Shown: one piece after another, positions 28,861-38,918 of the stretch
How the letters are laid out: every line of letters begins with the position of its first letter
Numbering within the stretch: the stretch's first letter is position 1
Source of the DNA: Candidatus Uhrbacteria bacterium GW2011_GWE2_46_68
GTDB taxonomy: Bacteria; Patescibacteriota; Patescibacteriia; UBA9934; GWF2-40-263
Assembly (NCBI GenBank): GCA_001002765.1
Contig: LCMS01000003.1
Coordinates: 1-60,260 of the forward strand
Direction: 5' to 3'
Length of the DNA: 60,260 nt
The notes under the pieces: model-generated
What the model was told of the DNA's origin: nothing
Seen by the model: only the letters and a program-made list of their open reading frames with translations
The model's database searches: none
Program-made: the position numbers and the translations under genes

Positions 28861-30144
28861 CTATTTTATTGTGAAAATAACATTACTTCCTTTTGTTTTT
28901 ATTTCAAATACACGAATATTGCTCAAAAAGTTAACAGAAAAATATTCTGATCCAAACATTTCACGATTTCTAACAAAAGGAATGGTTTTTTCAATATCCA
29001 GATAAAACACCCCCATTTTTATATCTGAATGCTGTTCAAGATATTGACCAGTAAGAGTAAAAGAGTTGCTGAGGATAATAATATCATTCTCTTGCCAAAA
29101 ATGTATTTCATTACCGTTTTTCATGGAAAAACGGACAAGAGGAGTTCCAACTATGTTGATTTCCTCATGACTGATATTACTTGGGTCAGCAACCATCTCT
29201 AATGCGTGACTTCCGTCTTTCAGTTCCCAGTTTTCCACAGTCGGTTCATTGGTAGCCACCACCTGTTTTAAGAGACGAATCATTTCCTCTTTGTTTTTTG
29301 ATGTTTTTGTAGATAAAAGATATTGAAAATCTTCACCAGAATCATTTTTGACCAGCAAAATATTTAAAGATCCATTGATGTTTTCTTCTAAAATCGTGAA
29401 AAATCCATTTTCTAATCCTACAAGATTGCTCAATGACGTGGAAATAATTTTATGATCAAGTAATGTCAAACCCTGTATAGACAAAGCCGCTAGTGTATTT
29501 TCAGGAATGTTCATCTCCTCATCAGGTTTTATCCCTGGATTTGGCAAAATAATGTTTATCTGATCGTTTTTTTGTGCAATGGGTCCGGAGATCCACGAAG
29601 ATTCATCCATTTTTAAAGACAAGCTCCCAATGGTTCCAAGAGAAAGAAAAGAAGATCGAGAATATATCCCCTTCGGTTTTCCTCCTATGGGCATAAGGGT
29701 TTCAGACAAAAGAAACAACTGTCTGTTGATTTTTTGAATGGAAATTCCAAGTTTATCCAATAAATCCTTTGGTATTTCTTTTTCCGAAGCCCTTATCCCA
29801 AGACTCTTTCCTCCCTGTTCATCGAAAAAGACAGCAAATTCCCCTTTTACAAACGGTTGGATATCTCGAATGGTAATAGGTCGATTTGATATAAGGGTGG
29901 TTTGACCAAGCAGGCAAGAGAGATCATCCCAGGTGTTTTGAGAAGGATGGAAACGGACCATAACAGCAGTATGTTCTGGTGCTGCTTCAAAAACTGTGTC
30001 TCTTGTGAGAAAAACGTCAACAATTCTCCAAGAAAGAAGAATCCCCACTATAATGCAAAGTACAAAAAACCAAACAACCCACCGAGAATGATGGCGGGTT
30101 GTTTTTCTGTTTCGAGAAAGAGGGATGTTGAGATAAGGTGTCAT
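28861..30144 (-). CDS. Hypothetical N-terminally anchored membrane protein
   Basis: 427-aa ORF with a single N-terminal TM segment; no recognised motif. Confidence 0.7.
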   Translation of the reverse strand: MTPYLNIPLSRNRKTTRHHSRWVVWFFVLCIIVGILLSWRIVDVFLTRDTVFEAAPEHTAVMVRFHPSQNTWDDLSCLLGQTTLISNRPITIRDIQPFVKGEFAVFFDEQGGKSLGIRASEKEIPKDLLDKLGISIQKINRQLFLLSETLMPIGGKPKGIYSRSSFLSLGTIGSLSLKMDESSWISGPIAQKNDQINIILPNPGIKPDEEMNIPENTLAALSIQGLTLLDHKIISTSLSNLVGLENGFFTILEENINGSLNILLVKNDSGEDFQYLLSTKTSKNKEEMIRLLKQVVATNEPTVENWELKDGSHALEMVADPSNISHEEINIVGTPLVRFSMKNGNEIHFWQENDIIILSNSFTLTGQYLEQHSDIKMGVFYLDIEKTIPFVRNREMFGSEYFSVNFLSNIRVFEIKTKGSNVIFTIK

Positions 30145-30168
30145 AGTTCCCTCTGTCAGTGTGCGGGA

Positions 30169-32448
30169 TTACTCGTCTCGTTTCAAGGGGACCTGGGAAT
30201 GTGCCTGGAAAGGCCGGCGTTCTGGTCTTCCACCCCTGTTTCCAAACGGTCGGGAAGGTCCTTGCCCGTCATGAGGAGGCCTCGGTTTTTGTGCAGGAGC
30301 CTCGGGATAGACATTCCCCGGAGCTTCTTTCATAGAAAGTGAAATTTTACCCGTGTCTTCGATGGCTAATACTTTTACAAACACCTCATCTTTTAATTTC
30401 ACAATATCTTCTACTCTATCCACTCTCCAAGGAGCCATGTTGCTGACATGAACCATACCATCGCGTTTTGGCAAAAACTCTACAATGGCACCAAAGTCCA
30501 TGATGCGTACCACCTTACCTTTATAGATTTCTCCCACAATGACATCCTTGGTCAAATTGCGTACCCAATCCTCCGCTTTCTTTGCTCCTTCTGCCGAAGT
30601 CGAGGTAATCATTACTAAACCATCATCATCAATATCAATCGCCGCAACTCCTGTTGTTGCAATAATTTCATTGATCATTTTTCCTCCAGGACCGATCACA
30701 TCTCCAATACGTTCAGGGTTGATGCGCAAGGTGATAATGCGTGGTGCATAAGGAGAAAGATCTGGGCGAGGAGCAGCGATTATATCAAGCATAGACTTGA
30801 GAATATGAGCGCGTCCTTCTTTCGCCTGCCAAACGGTTTTTTCCACGATTTCTTTCGAAAGCCCACTCGTTTTTGTATCCATTTGAATAGCGGTGATTCC
30901 CTGTTCTGACCCTGCAATCTTAAAGTCCATACCCCCTTTACCATCTTCCAAATCCTGCAGATCAGTGATGATTTTCCAGTCCCCCTTTTCATCGGATGCA
31001 AGACCCATGGCTACTCCTGCAACAGGGGCTTTGATAGGCACGCCTGCGTCCATAAGAGACAGTGTAGATCCACAAGTGGAAGCCATAGAGCTTGAGCCAT
31101 TGGATCCGAAGACTTCAGAGACAACGCGGATCGTATAAGGAAAGCTTTCTTTATCTGGAATCATGGGAAGAATGGCTTTTTCCGCAAGCGCTCCATGACC
31201 GATGTCACGGCGACTTGGGCCGCGCATAGGCTTTACTTCTCCCACAGAATACGGAGGAAAATTGTAATGATGGAAATAACGCTTGGTCCCAACCATTTCC
31301 ATGCTGTCGAGTGTTTGTTCATCTCCCGGCGCTCCCAAAGTGACAAAAGAAACCACCTGGGTTTCTCCTCGCATAAAATGTCCGGATCCGTGGACGCGCG
31401 GAAGAACACCAACCTCAATTTCCAGGGGGCGCACCTCGGTTAATGATCGGCCGTCCACACGTTTGTTCTCTTTGAGGATCTTTTGTACAACCTCACTTTC
31501 CAAAATATTCAAAGCTATAGAGGTTCCATAATGAACATCGTCCATTTCAACCCCTTGAGACAAAAGATATTCTTTTATTTTTTGTTTGAGTGTGCGTTTT
31601 TGCTCATTGCGCTCCGCTTTCGTTGCTTTAGGCTTGGCAAAAAAGAGTTCTTGAATTTGAGTCTCGATAAAAGGTTTTGCCAGAGCTTCCACTTTCTCTC
31701 GTTTTTCAAATGTGAGTTTCTGTTCCTCATTTTTTGGGGAGAGCATGTCGCGCTTTTTCTTTCCAAACCCTTTTTGCACTTCTTCAATAAGTTTAATTGG
31801 GTCTTGAAGATGTTTTTGTCCAAACCAGAAAGCATCAAGAATGATTTGTTCTGATACTTGATTGCATCCCGCCTCTACCATAATGATTTTTTCCGGAGTG
31901 CCGGCAAAAGCAAGATCCAGATCAGACTTTTCCCGCGCAAGATAGGTAGGATTGATAACCCATTCACCGTTGATCTGTCCTATACGAATGTCAGCGATAG
32001 GGCCGTTCCAAGGAATGTCGCTGATATGAAGCGCACAACTGGCTGCGATAAGACCCAAAATATCCGGGTCATTTTCTCCATCAAAAGCAAGACAAGTCAC
32101 CACCACTTGGATTTCGTTGCGGATACGATCATCAAACAGTGGGCGAATGGCACGGTCTACAAAACGTGCCATCAAAATGGCATTGTCTGTGGGACGCCCC
32201 TCGGTTTTCATAAATCGACTACCTTTGATGCGACCGGCTGCATAAAATCGCTCTTCAAACTCGACGGTGAGCGGGAAAAAATCCAATCCTTCACGAATTT
32301 CTTCACTCATGGTTGCGGTTGCCAAAACCACGGTGTCGCCATAACGGACCATGCAAGATCCATTGGCTTGTTGGGCATATTTGCCCACCTCAATAGCGAG
32401 GGTTTTTCCTCCCCATTGGGTTTCAAAACGCTTTGATTGCGTAGGCAT
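30169..32448 (-). CDS. pnp: Polyribonucleotide nucleotidyltransferase
   Basis: RRDIGHGALAE, GSSSMASTCG and DFKIAG, with KH and S1 domains. Confidence 0.98.
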   Translation of the reverse strand: MPTQSKRFETQWGGKTLAIEVGKYAQQANGSCMVRYGDTVVLATATMSEEIREGLDFFPLTVEFEERFYAAGRIKGSRFMKTEGRPTDNAILMARFVDRAIRPLFDDRIRNEIQVVVTCLAFDGENDPDILGLIAASCALHISDIPWNGPIADIRIGQINGEWVINPTYLAREKSDLDLAFAGTPEKIIMVEAGCNQVSEQIILDAFWFGQKHLQDPIKLIEEVQKGFGKKKRDMLSPKNEEQKLTFEKREKVEALAKPFIETQIQELFFAKPKATKAERNEQKRTLKQKIKEYLLSQGVEMDDVHYGTSIALNILESEVVQKILKENKRVDGRSLTEVRPLEIEVGVLPRVHGSGHFMRGETQVVSFVTLGAPGDEQTLDSMEMVGTKRYFHHYNFPPYSVGEVKPMRGPSRRDIGHGALAEKAILPMIPDKESFPYTIRVVSEVFGSNGSSSMASTCGSTLSLMDAGVPIKAPVAGVAMGLASDEKGDWKIITDLQDLEDGKGGMDFKIAGSEQGITAIQMDTKTSGLSKEIVEKTVWQAKEGRAHILKSMLDIIAAPRPDLSPYAPRIITLRINPERIGDVIGPGGKMINEIIATTGVAAIDIDDDGLVMITSTSAEGAKKAEDWVRNLTKDVIVGEIYKGKVVRIMDFGAIVEFLPKRDGMVHVSNMAPWRVDRVEDIVKLKDEVFVKVLAIEDTGKISLSMKEAPGNVYPEAPAQKPRPPHDGQGPSRPFGNRGGRPERRPFQAHSQVPLKRDE

Positions 32449-32571
32449 AAAATGGATCCGGTCGAGACGGAAGAGATCGAGAGTTCTCGATGTCTCAGAG
32501 TCTCAACCGGAAAGAGTTAATGATTTAGCCAGGAAAAGCCGGAAATTTTCCGGTCAAACCTCACAAAACCA

Positions 32572-33084
32572 CTATCCGTGTTTTGGATGGGAGAAAAAAA
32601 GATAACGTTTTTTTTCTTTGGAAAGATCTCGGAAACGATCTGCGGCCTCGATCAAACGAGAAGAAGTCGTCTCTCCAAAACTCATAATCTCCACAATTCT
32701 TCCTCTATTTTGAGCAAAATCCACCAAGGGGACAAAGTCGCCGTCCCCGGTGATCAAAATAACGACATCGAGCATATCGAGCATGCGAACGACATCGATT
32801 GCCATTCCCACATCCCAATCGGCTTTTTTAGCGCCGCTTGCGTACTCGATTAATTCTTTTTCCCGAAGCTCTATGCCAGTTTTTTCTAATGCCTCAAAAA
32901 AGGGTTGTTCTTCCTCGGTTTTGGTGCTGATGACGTAAGCCATAGCGCGGATGAGTTTGCGTCCGGCCACCGCATCCTCAAGGATGTTTTTAAAATTCAC
33001 CCGTCGATTGAAAAGGTGCCGGGCGCTGTGATACATGTTTTGGCTATCAATGAAGATTCCAACTTTTTGGTCTGCATGCTGCAT
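32572..33084 (-). CDS. NYN domain protein (LabA/DUF88, PIN fold)
   Basis: IFIDSQNMY, KADWDVGMAID and ITGDGDFVPL. Confidence 0.9.
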   Translation of the reverse strand: MQHADQKVGIFIDSQNMYHSARHLFNRRVNFKNILEDAVAGRKLIRAMAYVISTKTEEEQPFFEALEKTGIELREKELIEYASGAKKADWDVGMAIDVVRMLDMLDVVILITGDGDFVPLVDFAQNRGRIVEIMSFGETTSSRLIEAADRFRDLSKEKKRYLFFSHPKHG

Positions 33085-33123
33085 AAAACGACAATACCCG
33101 CCGGTTTGCGGCGGGTTTTTTAA

Positions 33124-33387
33124 TTAAACAAGTCCGAGATCCTCCACCAGTTTGGCATGGGCCTTTGCATCCTCGCGCTCCAAGTATTTGAGGAGGCGAC
33201 GACGCTCATTGACCTTTTTCATGAGTCCGCGGCGGCTGGAAAAATCTTTTTTATGGGTTTTGAGATGTTTGGTTAAATCTTTAACCTCTTGAGTCAAGAT
33301 CGCGATTTGCACCTGGGGAGAGCCGGTATCCGACTCGTGGGCGCGAAACTTCTCAATAATTTTTTGTTTCTTTTTGACATCGAGCAT
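33124..33387 (-). CDS. rpsO: 30S ribosomal protein S15
   Basis: DTGSPQVQIAILT...HKKDFSSRRGL. Confidence 0.98.
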   Translation of the reverse strand: MLDVKKKQKIIEKFRAHESDTGSPQVQIAILTQEVKDLTKHLKTHKKDFSSRRGLMKKVNERRRLLKYLEREDAKAHAKLVEDLGLV

Positions 33388-33508
33388 AGTAACGAATATT
33401 CATGCGTGTAGCCAAGGAAGAGGGCTCAATCTTTTTCCCAAGCCACCGCGAGGAATTAGTAGCAAAAGAGTACCGAAAAAGAGTGTTTTCGTCAATCGGT
33501 CGTTGACG

Positions 33509-33536
33509 GTAGGGGCAAACGGCCGTTTGCCCCTAC
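33509..33536. repeat. GTAG-type REP-like palindrome, copy 2
   Basis: gtaggggcaaac-ggcc-gtttgcccctac, perfect inverted repeat. Confidence 0.75.
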
Positions 33537-33583
33537 CGATGAAACAACGAAAAAACCAGCGGTTAAGGCTGGTTCGTTGCCGC

Positions 33584-35374
33584 TTATTCTTGAGGCGGCT
33601 TTTTTGGAATCTTCATACCGAGGGCAAGTTGGATCAATCCCAAAGCTTCTTTTATTGGACCCATATCCCAATAATTCAAACAATATACATCCCAGAGGCT
33701 TGCCTCAGTTTTTTCCGCAAGTTCATAGATATAGAAGATGCCGCGATTTTGAAGTTTGAAACAGGTGGATTTCTGAAGGCCCAGCTGCTCCACAGGTTTC
33801 AGGAGATGTGGATTGGTGTCTGTAAGCACATCAGGGTCGGGAGGATGCCATCTCGGATGATTTTCTGGGAGTTTTGCTTTATCCATTTTCATTCCAAGAT
33901 AAAGACACATTTCCGCCAGAATTTCCTTGATCTCATAGAGCGATTTGCGACCAAAGTTCTTAGTCTTGAGCATATCGGCTTCCGTACGCTCTACTAACTG
34001 AAAGATATACTCGATTCCGGCGTTTTGGAGGCAGTTTGCTGCACGTACAGAAAGCTCAAGTTCATCTACACGTCTGAACAGATGTTCATTCAAAACTTCC
34101 TCATCTTCCATTTCCATGCCTGTCTCGGAAACAACCACAGGTTTTTGCTTCAACCACTCGATCATTGTGAGCGCTTCGTTCAGTTTTTCTTTAAGACCCG
34201 ATTGCGCCTCACCAATTTCCCCAAGGGTGATGGCTTCACTTTGCAGTATACAGAACGCGGCCTTTTTTCTCATATGATTGAGCGCTCCGTGAGATATGCG
34301 ATCAATCCAGATCCGTGAGAGGCCCATACCTTTTGCAATTTTTTCTGATTTCACCGGAGATTCATCAAATCCATAGATCTTACGGACAACAAAGCGCTCA
34401 CGTTCAGACAATTCTCCCATGAGCGTATCGAGCACATCGCACCATTCTTGTTTCCACACGGGCCAAATATTGTCACGCTCATTTCCTCCCGATGTAAGCA
34501 CCTTGATGATATCCCACTTATTTTCCGGAGGGAGGGTTGTTCCGGACGCAACTTCCCCCATATAGCGTTCAAAACAAAGGGTGATATTCCGCAGGATTTC
34601 TTTGGGTGATAGGCGTCTATTGAGGAGTTTTGGTTCCCCGATCATGGCCAAATACAGTCGCACATAGGGTTCTTGCACAGGGGTGAAGGACGGAGTTGCA
34701 AGGGTATGGGTGGCAATGAGGGTGCCATGTGTAAAGGCAAATATTTCGGACACTTGGAGATAGCGTCCCAAGACCTCGCCGTACCATTTCGCGTCTCCGA
34801 TCCCTTCTTCCACATACGTTCCGGCAGCTGCTTTTGCAACGCTTTCGGCATAGTCACAAAATACGTTTGCATAGGCTCGGCTTTCATCATGTTCTTTTGG
34901 GCAATATCCTTTTAGATCCAGTCGTACGACTTGGTAATCATATCCCGTGATGCGAGGAATGGCCGCCTTGCGGATTCCCAGCCGATAGAGTCGGCGTACC
35001 ACCGCTTGGCGACTGCAACTTGAATGATACCCTTCGTAAGGGTTCAGATTTTCATTGCGATCAAGCCATGACTGAAGGGCAAGACGAAGCACTTCTTTTT
35101 GTACATCCGAGAGCTGATCATTTTGCGCGTTTTCATCGAAGTTTTCGAGATAGGTATTTGCACGGATCACGACAAGATCAAGTTTTCTGGAAATTCCACG
35201 GTGCCATCCCGGAATATTTGCAAGACGAAGATATCCGGCTTCCCTAAGTTGATTATCTACGGATATCGGACACATATCAAAAATAATACCAATGTCCTCT
35301 CGCGCGATTCCAATGCGCACCAAGACTGCAGCAATCTGACCGATTTCTTTACGGGTAAAAGAGGAGATGTCCAT
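33584..35374 (-). CDS. Sigma-70 region 4 plus tandem RNAP alpha-CTD domain protein
   Basis: [14 protein letters not shown]...[15 protein letters not shown] (sigma4 HTH); [19 protein letters not shown]...[15 protein letters not shown] (alpha-CTD) and a degenerate second copy; AAGGAG precedes ATG 35374. Confidence 0.8.
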   Translation of the reverse strand: MDISSFTRKEIGQIAAVLVRIGIAREDIGIIFDMCPISVDNQLREAGYLRLANIPGWHRGISRKLDLVVIRANTYLENFDENAQNDQLSDVQKEVLRLALQSWLDRNENLNPYEGYHSSCSRQAVVRRLYRLGIRKAAIPRITGYDYQVVRLDLKGYCPKEHDESRAYANVFCDYAESVAKAAAGTYVEEGIGDAKWYGEVLGRYLQVSEIFAFTHGTLIATHTLATPSFTPVQEPYVRLYLAMIGEPKLLNRRLSPKEILRNITLCFERYMGEVASGTTLPPENKWDIIKVLTSGGNERDNIWPVWKQEWCDVLDTLMGELSERERFVVRKIYGFDESPVKSEKIAKGMGLSRIWIDRISHGALNHMRKKAAFCILQSEAITLGEIGEAQSGLKEKLNEALTMIEWLKQKPVVVSETGMEMEDEEVLNEHLFRRVDELELSVRAANCLQNAGIEYIFQLVERTEADMLKTKNFGRKSLYEIKEILAEMCLYLGMKMDKAKLPENHPRWHPPDPDVLTDTNPHLLKPVEQLGLQKSTCFKLQNRGIFYIYELAEKTEASLWDVYCLNYWDMGPIKEALGLIQLALGMKIPKKPPQE

Positions 35375-35439
35375 GGCGTACTCCTTGAAGTTGGAAGGAA
35401 CTGCCTGTTTCTTATCAAGGTCTAGGTGAGAAGTCAATC

Positions 35440-35477
35440 AAAAAACCACCATTTGCCTTGGGCTTTTGGTGGTTTTT
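35440..35477. terminator. Intrinsic terminator-like hairpin
   Basis: aaaaaaccacca...tggtggttttt. Confidence 0.7.
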
Positions 35478-35487
35478 GCGTGAAAAT

Positions 35488-35940
35488 TTAGGGAAGTTGC
35501 GCGTCCAGGAGTTTATCCATTTGTCCTTCGTTATAAGCATCCAAGACTCCCATGGCGTTTTCGCTTGCTCGGGTCACCAAGGGTAGGTGATCGGCAATAA
35601 CATGATTTGCCGAATCAAGATCATCACGATACGAGTCATTCCAGAAGTTTTGCATGTCTTTTTCCATAAAACTTTGCACTTCGGATAATGTTACGCGTCC
35701 GTTTTCCAAAAGAAGTGATACAGCTTTTTCTTTGGCCAAAGCGTCATAGTACGCATAATGATCATTCGTCCTTTCCGGCGCCACAAATCCTCGATCTTTT
35801 TTTCTTTCCTCAATCCTTCCTTGATAGTGTTCTTGTTTAATAAGAAGGAGATTACGTTGTTCTTCTTTTAAAATAACTTCAGTGTATTTTTTTTGAGGCG
35901 CTTCCCCTTCGACGGGGTGTAAACCGTGTTCTTGGCTCAT
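35488..35940 (-). CDS. Hypothetical protein
   Basis: 150-aa ORF filling the gap between terminator and dsbA-like gene. Confidence 0.65.
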   Translation of the reverse strand: MSQEHGLHPVEGEAPQKKYTEVILKEEQRNLLLIKQEHYQGRIEERKKDRGFVAPERTNDHYAYYDALAKEKAVSLLLENGRVTLSEVQSFMEKDMQNFWNDSYRDDLDSANHVIADHLPLVTRASENAMGVLDAYNEGQMDKLLDAQLP

Positions 35941-35964
35941 AAAGTTGATAGATTATTGAGATGA

Positions 35965-36723
35965 TTATTCCGCAAGAATTTCATCTAACATGGTTTTGAC
36001 GGTTTCAAACGGAAGAGCTCCTTTGACAGGGGTTGCACTTCCCTTGCTATCAATAATGAATGACCCTGGAGTGCCGGTTACTCCGGCTCCTATCCCCCCT
36101 TGATACATGGTGGTGATCGTGGTTTCTTCCTCGTCATTATCTAAACAGGATTGGAATGTGGTTGTGTTAAGTCCAAGTTCCCCTGCGATTGAAAGATACA
36201 CATCAGCCCCAAGACTGGCGCGATTTTCCGTAAGCTTGTCCGCGTACTCCCAAAATTTTCCTTGATTGGCCGCGCATTCGGAAGCCTCGGCTGCGGATTG
36301 AGAGTTTGGATGAAAGGAAAGAGGGAAATGGCGATAGACCCAGCGGACTTGCCCATCATATTCTTCCATAACCTGCACCATGGTTTCATGGAATTTGCTG
36401 CAATACGGACACTCGAAGTCCGAATATTCAATAATGGTGATCGGAGCGTTTTCATCTCCTCTGATATGATCCGTGCTGGAGACAATGGGGATGGAGGCAG
36501 GCTCATCGGCCGCCACTTGGGCGGCAGCGGGAGCCTCTTCCTTTGCTATGGCAAGATCATCCGCCTGTGCGGCATTGCCGTTTAGATTTGTGCAATCTCC
36601 TTTGAGGAAGCATCCACCCAAGACAATGAATCCGAGGGTTCCCACCATAAGAATTGCGCTTACAAAGCCAATACCAAAAGCTGTTTTGGAATTCACTGTG
36701 TCAAAGATCGTTTTATTTTCCAT
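35965..36723 (-). CDS. DsbA-family thioredoxin with N-terminal TM anchor
   Basis: IIEYSDFECPYCSKFH, VYRHFPLSFH and VTGTPG. Confidence 0.9.
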   Translation of the reverse strand: MENKTIFDTVNSKTAFGIGFVSAILMVGTLGFIVLGGCFLKGDCTNLNGNAAQADDLAIAKEEAPAAAQVAADEPASIPIVSSTDHIRGDENAPITIIEYSDFECPYCSKFHETMVQVMEEYDGQVRWVYRHFPLSFHPNSQSAAEASECAANQGKFWEYADKLTENRASLGADVYLSIAGELGLNTTTFQSCLDNDEEETTITTMYQGGIGAGVTGTPGSFIIDSKGSATPVKGALPFETVKTMLDEILAE

Positions 36724-36819
36724 AGGATAAAGTTTGTAGATTACTCGTGTAGACTATCACAAAAGAACAGTGGATATCAACGGCGACGAGAAAGAAAAAG
36801 CGTCGTATAATATCTTCAT

Positions 36820-37749
36820 ATGGCTAAGACCAAGATGGATCAGTACATCACCGATTTTTTAGAATACCTCGAGGTGGAACGCGGACGATCTCCTCGTACG
36901 ATCCGTAATTATCATTTTTATTTACGGCGATTTGCGGATTGGGCAAAAGTAGCGTCCCCCGCTTTGATTACCACTGAGATGATTCGCAAATACCGTTTGT
37001 GGCTTAACCGTATTGCACAGGGGCGCGAGGAAGAGTTTATGAAAAAAAGCACACAGAATTATCACCTCATTGCCCTGCGATCATTTCTCAAATATCTTTC
37101 GCGGCGTGACGTGCCTTCAGTGGCTTCGGAGAAAATCGAACTTTCCAAACAACCACAGCGTGTGGTGGAATTTTTGGATGAAGATGAGTTAACACAACTT
37201 TTAGCGCAACCGCTGCGGATTTCCGAAGGGCTTGTGGCACTACGGGATCGCGCGATTTTGGAATTGCTGTTTTCAACAGGCATGCGCGTGTCTGAAGCTA
37301 CGAATTTAAAAATAGAAGAGGTGAATTTGAAACGGTACGAGTTTACCGTGCGAGGTAAGGGGGATAAGCCGCGTGTGGTTTTTTTAACCGATCGCGCCAA
37401 ACAAGCCGTTCAAGAATATCTGTCCAAACGCCGCGACCTTTCTTTGTTCATGTTTGTTTCCCACGATCGTGCCAAAGGAGGACGCAAAGAAGCCGGTCCT
37501 CTCACCCCTCGTTCAGTTCAGCGAATGGTGGAACGCTGCGCCACGGCTGCGGGAATCACCAAACATATCACTCCACACACACTACGCCATACGTTTGCCA
37601 CAGGATTGTTGCGCGAAGGTGCGGATATTCGTAGCGTACAATCCATGCTTGGTCACGAGTCGATCACAACAACACAGATCTATACGCACGTCACCAATAA
37701 ACAATTGCGCGACGTGCATAAAAAGTTTCATCCTGGTGCAAAGGAATAA
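36820..37749 (+). CDS. Tyrosine recombinase XerC/XerD family
   Basis: RDRAILELLFSTGMRVSE, TPHTLRHTFAT and MLGHESITTTQIYTHV. Confidence 0.93.
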   Translation: MAKTKMDQYITDFLEYLEVERGRSPRTIRNYHFYLRRFADWAKVASPALITTEMIRKYRLWLNRIAQGREEEFMKKSTQNYHLIALRSFLKYLSRRDVPSVASEKIELSKQPQRVVEFLDEDELTQLLAQPLRISEGLVALRDRAILELLFSTGMRVSEATNLKIEEVNLKRYEFTVRGKGDKPRVVFLTDRAKQAVQEYLSKRRDLSLFMFVSHDRAKGGRKEAGPLTPRSVQRMVERCATAAGITKHITPHTLRHTFATGLLREGADIRSVQSMLGHESITTTQIYTHVTNKQLRDVHKKFHPGAKE

Positions 37750-37773
37750 GGGGTTTGTTGATTTTTTCCTCGA

Positions 37774-37843
37774 GTCACCCCTGCGGAGGCAGGGGTCCAT
37801 CGTTTCCTGGTATGCGATGGATCCCCACCTTCGTGGGGATGGC
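37774..37843. repeat. REP/RPE-like bipartite palindrome
   Basis: gtcacccctgcggaggcaggggtccat...atggatccccaccttcgtggggatggc resembles the GTCATTCCCGCG...GCGGGAATGAC family. Confidence 0.7.
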
Positions 37844-37888
37844 AGCATCTTTGACACCACTCTTTTTTTTTCGTATTGTTTGCGTCAT

Positions 37889-37963
37889 GCCCCGGTAGTT
37901 CAATGGATAGAACTGTGGACTTCTAAGCCACTAATGGGGGTTCAATTCCCTCCCGGGGCACCA
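37889..37963 (+). tRNA. tRNA-Arg(TCT)
   Basis: GCCCCGG/CCGGGGC acceptor stem, loop CTTCTAA, GGTTCAATTCC, CCA. Confidence 0.95.
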
Positions 37964-38062
37964 CTCTTCGCTCCTTCGGAGCTTCGAGTGGCAGGCCACT
38001 CATAACTATTCAAGATAGAATAGAGTAAAGAATTGGTTGTGCCACGAGAGAGGAGTGAAGAG
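37964..38062 (+). repeat. tRNA-3'-adjacent miniature hairpin element, copy 1
   Basis: ctcttcgctcctt pairs with gaggagtgaagag; shares gctccttcggagcttc with 52705-52720. Confidence 0.55.
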
Positions 38063-38167
38063 CGAACTGGACGATCCCCCCTAAAACTAAAAAAGAACAT
38101 TTCAAAATCAGCGGACAAACCGCTTTTTTTGTTTTACAATATCCCCATCATTCCTAAATAATCTTTT

Positions 38168-38917
38168 ATGCGCTTACAAGATAAAGTCGCTATTGTGACG
38201 GGAGGCGGATCTGGAATTGGGAGAGCGATCGCCTTTTTGTTTATTCAAGAAGGGGCCAAGGTCGTCGTTGCCGATTGGTCAACACAAGGCGGGCAGGAAA
38301 CTGTGGATTTGATTGAAAAGCAAGGGGGACAATCTGTGTTTGTGAAAACCGATGTCAGCAAAGAATCCGATGTAAAACAAATGGTGGATGAATGTGTAAA
38401 AATGTACGGTCGCGTGGATATTTTGGTGAATAATGCGGGGATTGAAAAAGGAGAACCTTTGCACGAGATGACGCAAGAGGATTGGGATCAAGTGATGGCT
38501 GTCAATGCGCGTGGGGTATTTTTGGGAAGCAAACATGCGATACCGCATATGCTCAAGCAAGGCAAAGGAAAGATCATCAATATGGCTTCGATCGCAGGCA
38601 TCATCGGTTTTGCGCAAAGCAGTGCCTACTGCGCGTCAAAAGGAGCGGTTATTCAGCTCACCAAATCCATGGCCACGGAATATGCTCCTCAAAAAATCAA
38701 TGTGAATGCCATCGCTCCCGGTGTGATCCGCACCGCGATGACCAAGGAGTATCTTGAAGATCCGACCTATGCTCAAATGTTTACATCACAAACTCCTTAT
38801 CCGCGTTTGGGAGAGCCTGAAGATATTGCAAACGGAGCCGTGTATCTTGCCTCAGACGAATCTGACTTTGTGAACGGACATGTGTTAGTCATCGATGGGG
38901 GTTGGGTGGCGAAATAA
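38168..38917 (+). CDS. Classical SDR oxidoreductase
   Basis: TGGGSGIG, NNAG and YCASK. Confidence 0.95.
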   Translation: MRLQDKVAIVTGGGSGIGRAIAFLFIQEGAKVVVADWSTQGGQETVDLIEKQGGQSVFVKTDVSKESDVKQMVDECVKMYGRVDILVNNAGIEKGEPLHEMTQEDWDQVMAVNARGVFLGSKHAIPHMLKQGKGKIINMASIAGIIGFAQSSAYCASKGAVIQLTKSMATEYAPQKINVNAIAPGVIRTAMTKEYLEDPTYAQMFTSQTPYPRLGEPEDIANGAVYLASDESDFVNGHVLVIDGGWVAK

Positions 38918-38918
38918 T

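Noticed and set aside
36820-37963. Tyrosine recombinase next to tRNA-Arg as a prophage or island integrase
   Set aside because: Its size and motifs fit housekeeping XerC/D, it lies 5' of the tRNA, and I found no att duplication or phage genes.
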